DNA of 60,410 nt from Catajapyx aquilonaris (Eukaryota). Under the pieces are notes generated by a model. That model was not told the origin of the DNA. It made no database searches and was given only the letters and a program-made list of their open reading frames with translations. The position numbers were made by a program, and so were the translations under genes. The stretch lies in NCBI GenBank assembly GCA_000934665.2, contig KZ537980.1, positions 124,001-184,410 of the forward strand, given 5' to 3'. Below, one piece after another: positions 12,571-24,958 of the stretch (positions are counted from its first letter, which is position 1; each line of letters begins with the position of its first letter).

Positions 12571-13490
12571 ATACTCCATGCGTTATTGGGCTGATATTAA
12601 TTAATATTAATTACACGCATGGAAACTGGAGAGGCCACCCTTTTAAACATGACAAATGCTGGGCGACTGAGGTAGCCATCAAAAAGTGGCATATGTTCTT
12701 AGATTCCACATGACTCTTTAAAAAATTACATATCATATCCACTGTTCCGTAGAAATGCCCGTAATTAAATGAAATGAAAAATAAATTAGAACTGCCACAA
12801 TTTTTTTTATTTTGATCCTGAAAATAACGACATAGGGAAACATGACACTTGGTGATTACACTGGCAGACAAAAAAAAACAAAACTGACAATATGAACTAA
12901 TTGCCGTAAAATTAAATTGTACAGAAGGGTGGCTGGTCTGCTAATATGCCACCTTTTTTTATGCAAATCTAATTAACTGGGTCACATAATACCACACCTA
13001 CATACAGTACACTTAAGTGGTGAATCTTTGGTGCTCACTGAAAAACAACTCAAGTCGCACGTTTGGTAAATCCACTTCAATTATGCAGTTCAACTGTAGT
13101 GATTTCATATGTAATAGGTCTGGTCATCATTTTTAAATATATATATAGCCCAACTTCTGCAAATAAATAACTGTACATTGTATAAAGAGAGGTACCCTCA
13201 CAACTGCAGCAAAAGTTTTTCTTTTTGCCAGGTATTAATTGCAGAACTATGTGGTTACAAAAATGTAGGTTGGACAACAGTCAGCTGTACAAACATGAGT
13301 CACTGACAAAATAACGGTTGTAATAATAGTAATGGCTACACGATGAACACAGACTTCCCACATATTAGGCATGACACGAATAATGGAATGCTTTCCATTG
13401 CCACTGATGACATACAGATTTAACTTTTCTCTCTCTCTCTCTCTCTTTTTTTTTTTTTGGTTCCCATCATTCTTGCCTTAAATCTCATAT

Positions 13491-15847
13491 TTAGCCAAAG
13501 CTGCAACAGGAGTTTGTTTTCCTTGCAGTCTTGTAGAATACTTTGGACTGTAGGCTCAAGTCTTCCGACTTCGCCACCAGGTCATCCAGCTTCTCCCCTC
13601 TCTGAAGAACAGCTTCGATTGTGTTGTGCTGCAAATAAATCAAGCTCAGCTCTACTTGTGCTTTCAACCCTTGAAATTCAGCTGACTATGGTGTCAAAAG
13701 TCACGGCTGAAATCTAAACAACACTTTGCTTGCAACATAAGTTTGAACCTGGAGTCAGGTACAAATAGATGCTAAAAGGTGTCAATGGCAATGCTCCTTC
13801 TCGAACATCCAAGTACTAATTAGCTTGTGCAAACAGTGGATTCAATGCTTACAAGTATAATCTTTGTCTCCTCCAAATCATCATTGATTCTGGTGAGAGC
13901 ATCTGCCTCACGCGGGTTCTGATACTTGGCCAGAGTTATTTCCATCCCTGGGAAGTTTACCATTTCCTCCATGCTTGATGGCCATTCCACTGATGGCACT
14001 TTGGTTGAGAAGTCTTCCAGGACCTAAAAGTGAGAGTCACGAGTCAAGAGTAGTCGAAACTCTAACAAGTTACTTCTAACAAATCAGAGGTATGTGCAGA
14101 TCTCTGCATCTTAACTCCAAATTAATTGCAAGTTAAATCCCAACACTAGCAATATAATTAATTTTGGCTTCGTGGATTTCACAAAGCATTTCCAGTTGAA
14201 AGTGCAACTCTCAATACATGCTAGGCATTCCTGGAAATGTAATATGATCCTGTTTTTATCACTGTAATAATGTCATCTTAATTATGCAAGTTCCTCACAG
14301 TTTAATAAATAAGACTTTATCTGAGCTAACAGTAATTTCAGCAGCCCTACAAACATGTCCTTGCTACATTGGCTGAAAATACATGATGCAAACAATTGCC
14401 TGGGTGCAGTTTGCCAAAGTACTTCATTTCCTGACAGCAATCGCATTTATCAATACAGGTATTGAGGTTATGAGATATCGTTTCTTTTTGCCAATGATAT
14501 GCATTGTTGATATTAGGCTCAGACTGACAACATATCAAACAGACAAAATCAAATACAGGGAACTGGTGAATCACTCCTTTTACTATGGAATTTTCACTTC
14601 CATGGACCTTCATCTTTAGTTCCTTTTTTTCTATTCCCAGGAAGTTATCCTAGTTAATGCATTTTAATAACATGCTAATGAGAACTACAGGTGTTTAGTA
14701 TTTACCCTTAACTATACCTACCAATAAGCATAACATCAACAATTTAAACAACACCCTTTTCCTAAGAAGAGTAAGAACACATTTTTTGTTTCCCCTCCTG
14801 GTATAAAACTTGCCATTTACACCAGTCAGTTTAGGCATCCCTATAATGAGGAAAAAGTACTGCCAAATGTTCCTCAAGTAAAAGTAGGGCTCCTGAAAAG
14901 TACGTCTATTGTGAATATGGGACATGAGTAAACTCCACTTGCTCCGCTAAAACAATGGGATTGTTATAAGCTGATGAGGGGAAAAAGACAAACCACTCCA
15001 GATTAGGAACATTCCTCTAGGGATCTGCAGTGTCTACGTGCATGTGGCTAGTGGATCTTCAATTGATGTCACACTTTATTTTATGGCTTATAACTCCATG
15101 GTAAATCTCAAATAACCACAAAAAAGTGATGTTGTTTAAGTCCTCGTAGCTATTGGCCTCAGTGCACTATAGGAATCATTATTGATCAATCACTGTGTAA
15201 TGTCATTGTTTTGTTTGCTTACAATTTTTCATGCTGCATAGCCGCAGGTATAAAGCAGCCTGTGGCAATATTGATTGCTGCCAATGTTGATGAGCTGCAG
15301 AATTTCAGTATGTAGGAACTCAATGCTTGGTGGCCTCAATACTGTATACTGAACATTTTACACTGAACAACTCTTCCTGGCAAAACTTCAAATAACCCTC
15401 ACAGCAGCATTTCTATCAAAGCCCCAATAGCCTTTTCTCATTAATTTCAAATAATTTGGGTTATTTGAGAGGCTTTTTAATGAACTTACCTTAGTAATTA
15501 ATGTGTGTGCTACGCGATGAGGATACTCGTGATCTGATATTAGAACACCTGCCAAGTTGTCTGCCCGCACATACACATGACACATATACTCTGAAAGGAC
15601 ATGAAATTAGGTTAATACAGATTACATGCTAATGGCTAAACTAGTCATTGGTTTTACCTTTTTCCTTAACTGATTGGCGAGTAGCAGGATGAGTCCTTTC
15701 CACTATAATCTTGCTGGTGAGTGAAATGAACTCCTGTACACTGGTACGCTGGAAAAACCCGAAGGAATTCAGGTCATAGGCTGCTTTCAAAAGGTTCACA
15801 CTGCCAGGTCCCTTGTATAGCACACATAAGGCGTAGAGTTTCACCAT
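13491..15847 (-). CDS. Ykt6: Synaptobrevin homolog Ykt6 (longin R-SNARE), 199 aa, 4 coding exons
   Basis: Exons 15658-15847, 15490-15590, 13853-14023 and 13491-13628 total 600 nt. Translation: [79 protein letters not shown]-terminal prenylation motif TNSCCSFG*. A non-coding first exon probably ends at a donor near 17807. Confidence 0.95.
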
Positions 15848-16679
15848 CTTGCAGCAAACCTAGGGATGTGAAAGAAATTAGTCAGTGTGAGTCACCTGCC
15901 AAGTTTATTGATATAAATCAGATTTTAAAGCATGTTTATTTGTTAATTATTATTTTTAACTCAACTGTACATCTTGGCTTCCAAAGGAAGACATCAAGAA
16001 TTATGGACAAACACATTTTAATCTTTTAATGTGGTTGGAGGCTGAATCAGATCAAATCAAAGAGCACTTTCAATAAACCATCAAATTCTTTAAAATCACT
16101 TGTAATGGATATCATTAAAAATGTTATCGGCTCTAGGAAAAAAAACATCATGAAAGATTGTGAGAATCTGTTACAGAGTGAGCATGAGCAAGAAGCCAAT
16201 TCTCACACCCCCAGTTGTTTATTGCTTATGCTAAAATGTCTGGAATTTGCTTGAAAACACCAGTCCTAGCTAGCCTGTGCACACACCTTCATGTCATTCT
16301 GTCTTCAAATCCATAATGAAGTTAGAAAATATCACTGAATGACCATATAAACTCAAGTTCAACTTTGAAGGTCATAGTACAGTGTCTCATAAATCCATAA
16401 TGACCTCAATGTCACCTGAGCACACAATCCGGTTAGAAAAGGGAGAGGGGAATGCGCCACGGCAGGCAGGTGGGATGAAGAGAGAAAAACTATGCAGGGA
16501 AGGTGCATGTTCAGATCTTCTAACAGACTCAGAATGTGTTGCTGGTATAGCAAAGTCCATGGCACTTCAATTTATACGGATTTAAGCTAAATTATGAAAC
16601 ACACAGTATATTACATGCATTCTAATATTGTCCAATTTTATGAGTTACCAGGCACTACATTATTTCTGTCACCAGTTAA

Positions 16680-17269
16680 CCCGTAACTACTTAGGTGTCC
16701 AAAACACCTTTAGTTACTTAGGTGGAGCCCGAGCAGCTCCAACGGTATATTTAAATCTCTGCTTATCAGCAAAATTGTTATATTGGATTTTTCACATACA
16801 GAAAGTGCAATTCAGAGACAATTAGGCTTCCGAAAACGCAAAAATCACATTTGTGACAAATTCACGGAAGGACAGGGGCAAATTTTTTAATTAACAAGTT
16901 ACATCACGTTTAAATAGTGGTTGGAGCAGCTCAGGCTCCACATAAGTATACTAGGGGCAAGATAACTCATGCGTTTGGGGAGGTGGCTTGTGACCTTGGC
17001 AAACCAAATAATTAACCCCGCCCCCTACCGGTCGACCAATCAGGATTTGATTTCAAAGAAGGTGGGCGTTATGTTCTAAAACCTCAAGAACGAGATGAGT
17101 TTGTTTAGACTTACACAATTGGTAACCAAGCAGGGGGAAATATTTCCCCACCAATCATTCTAAATTCCATACAAAAAACTCAGCAGGGGGCGGGGCTAAT
17201 TATGGTTGCCACGGTCACAAGCCACCTCCCCAAACGCATGAGTTATCTTGCCCCTAGAATAGCTAAGGG
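16680..17269. mobile_element. piggyBac-like non-autonomous element (TTAA TSD) containing a nested MITE
   Basis: TTAA|CCC at 16676-16682 and GGG|TTAA at 17267-17273. Subterminal inverted repeat TTAGGTGGAGCCCGAGCAGCTCCAAC pairs with GTTGGAGCAGCTCAGGCTCCACATAA. Confidence 0.6.
16954..17254. mobile_element. MITE with ~40-bp near-perfect TIRs and TA flanks
   Basis: TA|GGGGCAAGATAACTCATGCGTTTGGGGAGGTGGCTTGTGACC on the left and GGTCACAAGCCACCTCCCCAAACGCATGAGTTATCTTGCCCC|TA on the right. Confidence 0.85.
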
Positions 17270-17949
17270 TTAATGATGGCAGGAAGACTCAGACATTATC
17301 ACAATTTCAGACCTCTTTTCATAAGATATGAAGAATGAGATATGCAGACTCGCAGACAATGATGACGCATTTCCTGTAAGATTCCATGTAAAAAATCAAG
17401 AGGCCCATGAACGGTTCTGCGCCTACAGTTGTTTGTTCAGGCCGGTGTAAATGTTGCTATTCATTGCACCCTCTGAGGATCTGAGGTGAATTCAAATATC
17501 ACATAGGATTGTGGTGGAGGCCATTACTCCATGCCACATTCCCACTATTATGTGAATACACGGTGCTTATGAGAAGAACAGCTGCTAACTAAATCCTCCA
17601 CGCAGTCATAAGCTGTGTCATTTTTCCTTCTTCTAACGAGGCCAGTTTGGCACATTTTCGACTCTCCCTTCATTGCTTTCCCTAGCTACCACTATCTGCT
17701 CATTCAACATGACTCTTCATCAGTAATGACTCACGCCAATTTATATTACTAAGCAACAAGAACACTCGTGACTCGTCCCCAGACTGCTGACCCCTTCCAT
17801 CCTCACCTGCGCGTCTCTCCCAGGCAGGGAAGCGACCTCTCCTCTTCCAGTTGCCGGGTCGGTGTTGAAGGCGAGGCCTGGGGCGATGCCCGATGCGCCA
17901 GGCGCACAGAAAGGACACTTGTTAACCCTCCCGACGTGCCTCCGACCCC

Positions 17950-18450
17950 GAGCCCACCTCAACGACTGCTTCTTCAGTAATTTTCCCAGACGTTCATTTG
18001 TTTCATCTCGGGCACGCAGCAAGTGTAGGGCATAGCGTAGTAGCTGTAATAGTAGCTGCTGTGGTTGCAACGGAGCGGAATATTAGGTTTCGGGTAGTTT
18101 TGGGAGATAGGACCAGATGGGGGATGAATGTGAATGTTGGAATGGCTGGTGGCGCGTTAAAATTAAGCGGATGATTTACACTAGTACGGTTCATGCGGCG
18201 TAATTAACCTCTGGCAATTAATAGGAATGAATAAGCTGTTAGTGCACTAATATAACTACTTCTGTTCCCATTGCGTCTTTAAAAATCAGTTGTATTTAAT
18301 ATCATTACTAGTTTAACCACTTTTTAATCCGCATCCGTGCATGACAAGCTTATTATCATCGATTAAAATACAGCTGATTTTTTGAAGGAAAAAAAAAAGT
18401 TTTCAGGTGGCAAGACTGGTGACGAAGTTTAAGGAAGCTTCCAACATGGC
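17950..18450. promoter_or_regulatory. Bidirectional promoter region Ykt6 / ING4-5
   Basis: About 0.5 kb separates the GC-rich 5' exons of two divergently transcribed genes. YY1-like AACATGGC at 18443. Confidence 0.5.
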
Positions 18451-18530
18451 TGCCGAAGAGGAGCTTGGCCTGCAATTTGCGGGAGCTTTTTGCCAGTTGT
18501 GACTGCTCAGGAGGGAGATCGACGTCCGCC

Positions 18531-20035
18531 ATGACGTCTGCTGTCTACCTGGAGCATTACCTGGACAGTGAGTTCTCAGGGCGGCTGCATTCTCGAATGT
18601 TACACAGGACTTTGGGGAGGATCAGAGACAGAAGGCTGTTGAACTTGGCTGAATAATAATAATAATAACCATAACAAAAACAGCAATAATAATAATAATA
18701 ATGATGAAGATGATAATAATAAGGATAATAGCAGGCTTGCAAACAACTTTTATAAAGTTTCTCATTATTTATTTATTTTCATTTTAAGGTTTGGAGCACT
18801 TGCCGATTGAGCTCCAGCGTAACTTTACGTTGATGCGTGACTTGGACACGAGGGCACAGAATTTGATGCAGGAGATTGACACCCTGGCGGACAAGTACTT
18901 GCAGAATGTACGCACCTTCACACCGGACACCAAAAAGGAGAAGATGGAGGAGATACAGAAGCTGTTCAACAAGGCCAAGGAGTATGGGGATGACAAGGTC
19001 CAGCTTGCCATACAGACGTATGAGTTGGTAAGCATCGCAGACACCAGCTGTATGGTGTTTGGTGGGTTTAACAGAAGAAATGCTCATAATTAATGCCATG
19101 AGCATTTTTATTAGAAAAGTAGAGGTTTGAATGGGCAGGAGGTACACAGTAATATGATTGTCATATCAATATAATGGACACGCAAACCTGTTTCATGCCA
19201 CTAGGTTGACAAACATATCCGCCGCCTGGACTCAGACTTAGCTCGCTTTGAAGCTGAGATCAAAGATAAGACCCTGAACAGCACGAGGTCAAAGGACAGC
19301 GAAACTGGACCCAAAAGTAAGTCACTGTTGACGTGCATTATTCTGCGACAATGAAAGAGATCAGGGAAAAGGGGGTGCCATTTTGCTGATTGAAATTTTT
19401 TTTAGGTGAATTAATCAATCATAACTCAAAGTGGAATCTGAAAGATATATTTTCAGGCTATAAGAACTAATTTTTATTCTCCAGCAAATTGTGGCTGCTG
19501 TAGTGTAGACAATCGCTTTTCTTTTAAATTGGGGTTTTCAAACTCGGAGGGCTCTTCTAATGTGCTTTCTCATGTGATAGAAGGCCGCAAGAAGCTGAAG
19601 GAGAAGGAGAAGAAGAGGAAAGGAGGTACTGGTGCGAGTGGAGGTGGTGGCGGTGGGGGCAGTGGTGGTTCAGGAGGTGTGTCTGGAGGTGGGACTGGTG
19701 GTGGGGCCAGCTCTGAAGAGGACTCATCCACACCCAAAGGAGGTGGGGCCCGGAAGAAGCAGAAGAAAGGATCTGGCAGTGGTGCTGGAGAGTCGAGCAT
19801 AGCCGCTGTCCTCTCATTTGGGATAACTCATCCGTCAGACGTGCTGGACATGCCTGTTGATCCAAATGAACCCACTTACTGTCTCTGTCACCAGGTTTCC
19901 TATGGAGAAATGATAGGATGTGACAACCCAGACTGTCCCATTGAGTGGTTCCACTTTGCATGTGTTGGGCTCACCACTAAACCTAAGGGCAAATGGTACT
20001 GCCCAAAGTGCTCTGCAGACAGGAAAAAGAAGTGA
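18531..20035 (+). CDS. ING4: Inhibitor of growth protein (ING4/ING5 orthologue), PHD finger, 280 aa, 4 exons
   Basis: Exons 18531-18567, 18789-19027, 19205-19316 and 19581-20035 total 843 nt. Translation: [56 protein letters not shown], and [58 protein letters not shown]4 and ING5 cannot be distinguished by eye. Confidence 0.93.
18651..18731 (+). repeat. Imperfect (AAT)n microsatellite in ING intron 1
   Basis: Direct reading: AATAATAAT..CAATAATAATAATAATAATGATGAAGATGATAATAAT. Confidence 0.75.
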
Positions 20036-22951
20036 GAGTACTAGGATGAATTGTGAAAATCAAACGGCAGCTGATCTCATGCTGCACTTACTCCACGTTC
20101 AGTTATCTTGCATTTACTGCCTTGAAATCAACGCATCCTTTAAGGGCTAAATGAAAGAAAGGGATGCTATTTTATAAAGTTTTCACTCTGTCGTCATGTC
20201 CGATTCAAAGAAACTGACCTATCATTCTCATTTGACAAACAAAATATTCTGCCAGCGCATGTTTTACGGGCAAGGGGATTTAGAGTCTCAAATGGTTGAT
20301 ACATTTTTGTAGTTGATATATTTTCTTTGTAGTGGCAATATTGCATGAAGACATTGTTCATCACCTTTTAACACTCCGAAGTAAGACAGATGAAAACAAT
20401 GGATCAATTTATTTGACCTCTTAAAGGTGATGGTGTAATCGCTATTTGAAGCAGACAGCCATCGAGTGTGAAATAACGATTATGGTAATATGATGTTGCT
20501 GGTCATCTCATTATACCATTCCTATGATCCACAGCTTGTTGGTGACAGAATTTTTAATGAGTTTTATTATTTAAGATTTTATGGGATTCGTCGCATTACA
20601 CCTTTATGCAAATTGACAACCATTACGATGATAAAGATGAGAGGCAATCATGATGCAAACCTCCTAGAGTGTTCATTATGTCATTGCAAGGTAACATTAT
20701 TATTGTACAGCATTATGGTTATAATAAGCAATTTTAAGTTAATTATAACAAGTCAACTCATGAATCCCAGTGAATTTAGCCCCCTTTTACCTTTGTCCCC
20801 TGTTGAGTACATAGGTCAGTATTGTGGTACAATCTAGGTACGCAATTGGAAGGTCTAGAGTGCAGGTGTGCACCAATGGCATTTTAACATCAGTGGCATT
20901 TGGTCGGAATCTGACTGGTGGTGGTGCAGTCTGCATGTATGAAGGGCTGGTGCTTTATCAAGCATTGGCCCCTCTTTCGAGAAATATTTTTCAAAATTTG
21001 GGCCGTCAGCGCAACTTCCAGTGAATATTTCCATTGAATTGTTGGCACCAATGCTGCCAGTTCAAATGATGGTGGCAAGAATGCCCGTAAACCAGTTACC
21101 AGTGGTGCTGTGCACTTCTCTAGACTAGAATCAGCTCAAAGTTTTAAAAATCTGACTGTCCACAGTAGGTTCCTCTTTTAAAGAAGTCCATGGGACCAAT
21201 TGTTTGGTTCTCAACAATGCATGCATGTTGTTTAGGTGAGAATTATGAGCAGGATTTGTTGTTAGTAGATTCTCGTGTACTTACATGTAAAGATATCAGA
21301 ATTGTCAGACGCACTTGAAAAGTGAAGGGTTGACGTAACAGCTGGCTCTCTCAACACTAGTTTGACATGCACCAAGTGTTTCAGTGAACATTACACTCTC
21401 GGTCCTCTGCTTACGAACTTAATATTGGTTTCATATATTTGTCAACATTTGTCTTTGCCATTTATGTTGTTCGTAGGTTAAGTTGTGCCTTTGAGGCAGA
21501 GGGCATGGAGCATACTCAGCCCCTTTTCCGTAACGGAAAATAATGAAAGAAACTGAAAATTAAAAGACACATGCATTGTACACACATCCACTTGCTTTTT
21601 CCTTAATGGAAAATGCAAGTGGATGGGTGTACAATATGCGGGTATTCTAATTTTTGGAATCGAATTTTTATAAGCAAAGGACTGACAGTGAGAGTGTAGT
21701 TGAATAAATTGTTGAACTGCATTAGTACACGCATGAACCCAGTATTATTATGAGCTCTGAGCGAGTCTCAGAGATTGACCCTGGAGGCCACTGAATTTTT
21801 AACCTGAATAGCAAATGTCTGGAAAGCAGCCAGTTGTAAATACAACCATGCTAATGGAGCAATGGGAAGCATGGAAATAAAATGTTTATGTGCATGTTGA
21901 CAGTGTTATTGTCTCACATTAAGGGTACAAAGTACAATGAACATGTGTTATGGCAAAGGTGTGACCTCACTGCCATTAGGTTACTGCATGGTAATGAATC
22001 ATGGCTAATGACGAATGTGTTATTGTCTGTACATTCAAGTATAATAAAACACGAATTATGGCAAAAGAGATTCTTTACATGTAGACCCTCTTAATTGCAA
22101 ATCACTAGTAATGGACAGCATTTAAAAGACTGTCACTGGTACACTGATTAGTTAACAGAAATCAAGGAACCATTACTACACTTTGTATTGCAAATCGTGG
22201 TACCAAGTTCCATTTCTCTCCCTGTCTGCGAGAAAATGTTGGTAAGCCATGCACAAGGTACAAATATTGAAAGCTATCTTGTGTTCAGTTACATTTTACC
22301 AGGTTTACTACAAGTTTCTGTAATGTTTATGTAATGGCTAAAAGGTACAGAAGTCATTTTTAGTACCAGAGGCACCACTTTGTCTTGTGGAGTCGTTTGT
22401 TTTCACTTGATGTTGCACAAACACATGTAGGACTACATAAATCTGAACAGGGAGATTTCACAAAATGACTAGCTTTATATGGAATGTAGCCAACTCCTTG
22501 TGCATTTATTTGTGCAACATCTGTTCTCATTTACACTGACAAAGCAAGCCGCAAATGAATAAAGTCGCGCTCCAGGTAACAAAAATCCCAGTAACATATT
22601 TGTAGCTGGAATAGGCCAGTTGTTATTTAGCTAATGTCATACTCTACTACAGGAAAGTTAGCCTTGCATATTAATCACAGATTTTTTTCCTACAGTAGTC
22701 AAAATTTCTGCTAGAATTTCTCAAAATTCAATTGTAAAGAAATGGCAGCATTCCCAAATCACATTCAATACATTTATAATTCCAAGTCTGGTTATATGCA
22801 ACACACAGGCACCTGTAATCTTGCACCATATACGTTGAAGTAAAATGGCTTTTGAGATGCCTTGTATTACATTTAGAAAGCAATTCCCCCATCACAGCTT
22901 AACATATGGAAGCAACGGATGTTATTGTCAACACAAAGCACAGCAGCAATG

Positions 22952-24485
22952 TCACGGAACTGATGAATCATTCCTGGTGCAACACTGAGATGGTACTGCC
23001 TTCCAGTCATATTTATACGAATTTCTGATTTTCACTTCCTCTGCGCACAACCTTCCAAGTGTCCTCAAGCTATCATGCTTCTTCTTCATCATCTGTGGCG
23101 TCTGCTTGTGAGTGACCAGGTAACTATTGTGGCATCCCCTTGAACGGTACTCAGTATCAAAGCGTACTTCATGCACCCTCCGTATATCTAGAGGAGCTGT
23201 CCATACTCCAACTGTCACATCTTCACTCTGGTAATGCTTAAGCATATCAGCATTGCGAGCAATGTACCGCACTATATCATGTGTCAGTACGTACCCTCCA
23301 CCCTTAGCATAAGGAAGGTAATGGTCGCATAAGAACCAGTCAGACTCACGCCACCTGCCAGTCCTCTTAACTACGGCCCGCCCATCAAAAAAGCCCCAAT
23401 ACAGGCGAGTATCAAAATTGGCAGCCTGCAACTCTACAATTAAATCTGGCACACGTACATACGTGTCATCATCACATTTTAACACATATTTAAATTGCGA
23501 GTGCTCTATTCGTACAAAAGCAGCAAGTACTTTCCTGGTTAATAACCGGTAATCATCCTCAATGTCCTTCAGCAACAACAAGTCCTGGAAGCGCCGTTGC
23601 TCCGAAATTAAAGTCTTATTCTGCTCAGCCGTGACCCTTTTTGTACCAATCACAAAATAATGGTGCACAGTGCTCACATCCAGCCCATGCTTCAGCCATG
23701 TTTGCCTGAAAATGCAAACGACCATTAACGAAACTATGAACATGTTATAAAACGGGGTGACTCTAAAGTCTGGACGCATCTAGGTAAAATAATATAGTCG
23801 GTTGCTAGAACCAATTGTCAACCAACAGTACAATACACTTACCTATGTGTCATTGAGAGTCACCCCGTACAATAAAACCAAGACATGTAGTGACCTCCAG
23901 TTCCAGTGTAAGCTCTGGTATTATCGCTGTGCATTGCTGTGCCTGCAAATGCGATGTAAGACTTACACCGGGATGTCATTACACTCTGATGCCTATGCAA
24001 CAGCTGAAAAATTAATAGACAGATTGATGCAATTAAATAGCCTATCCACACCTGACAGTAAAGGGCTAATGGGTGTAGCTGGCAGCACTGAAAGAGCGTA
24101 CACCTCTTCCATTCTCCATACAGAGCATGTACTAGAGCTTACACCGGCCATACCAAGAGGTAACCACAGCTTGCGACCCGTTGCGGCCTAAATGACAAGA
24201 GCATGCAAGCATTTGCCTTGAGGCCGTCCTCTGCTCCAGGTTGTCCGGACCCGACAGCACCAGGATGAGCAGCGTGGTGCCCTCCGCCCCCGGCTGGTCC
24301 TCTCCCAGCAGCTGTCCTCCTGCCCCGCACCGCCTTCCGTCCCCTCCTCCGCCACACCTGACGTTGCAGGCGTCCGGGTCCACCAGCACCAGCATCAGGG
24401 TGCTGCCCAGGATGAACGAGAAGAGGGTCACCAGGACCGTCCTCAGGTCCAGGGGGGCCCGGCACCACCGGCAGCACGGCCTCAT
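22952..24485 (-). CDS. B3GALT6: Beta-1,3-galactosyltransferase 6 (GT31, GAG linker GalT-II), 340 aa, 2 exons
   Basis: Exons 24217-24485 and 22952-23705 total 1023 nt and are joined by a GC-AG intron. Type II TM N-terminus, LILVLSGPDNLEQRTASRQTWL, YVLKCDDDTYV, LYWGFFDGRA, CDHYLPYAKGGGYVLT, SEDVTVGVW, RFDTEYRSRGC, YDWKAVPSQCC. Confidence 0.92.
23752..23868. mobile_element. Short MITE-like remnant in the B3GALT6 intron
   Basis: 13-bp inverted repeat ACGGGGTGACTCT / AGAGTCACCCCGT, resembling Tc1/mariner-type MITE ends. Confidence 0.4.
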
Positions 24486-24499
24486 ATCCTCCTCACTGA

Positions 24500-24720
24500 G
24501 GCCCACACCCTCTCAGAGCCTACCCCTCCTTTTTTTTCGTTTTTCCCGCCATTATTTACGGCAATGCGACAAAAATGATACTGCGGGTCGGGAATAGCAC
24601 AGCGGCTACACGGGTAGCAATCAGCGGCTTTTTAAATAAATAGCGGCTTAATTTTGTGATGAGTAAGCAGCTTTTTACGTCACACGGCCTTCTTTTGAAT
24701 CCAAGATGGCCGCCGTTATG
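24500..24720. promoter_or_regulatory. Very short bidirectional promoter B3GALT6 / GPR155
   Basis: The two divergent 5' ends lie within ~200 bp. Motifs: CCGCCATT (24546, YY1-like on the minus strand), TTACGTCA (CRE-like, ~24675) and CAAGATGGCCGCC (24702). Confidence 0.5.
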
Positions 24721-24958
24721 AGGCTGATTTTCGGGGCAATCCCGGGTTTAAAAGGGATTTGCACTAAAATGAGCCTCGTTAGCAGGTAGGAATTACCTGC
24801 AGGACGTTACACGGAAGCTCCCACAGAAGGTAAGAGAAAATGCGATGAGTTAAATCCATGTGGAGCGAATTGGCAGGGAGACGAATGTGGTAAAAAGTTT
24901 CAAGGATGTTGGATGTGACACATATGTTTTGCCCTCCTGTTAGCAACAGACACCAAAG

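Noticed and set aside
14971..15000. Hammerhead-like CTGATGAG...GAAA core (also near 49294)
   Set aside because: No stems I-III can be formed around the core.
20853..21125. Possible hAT-type MITE downstream of ING (TCTAGAG..GTGCAC ends)
   Set aside because: The inverted ends are too degenerate and no TSD could be established.
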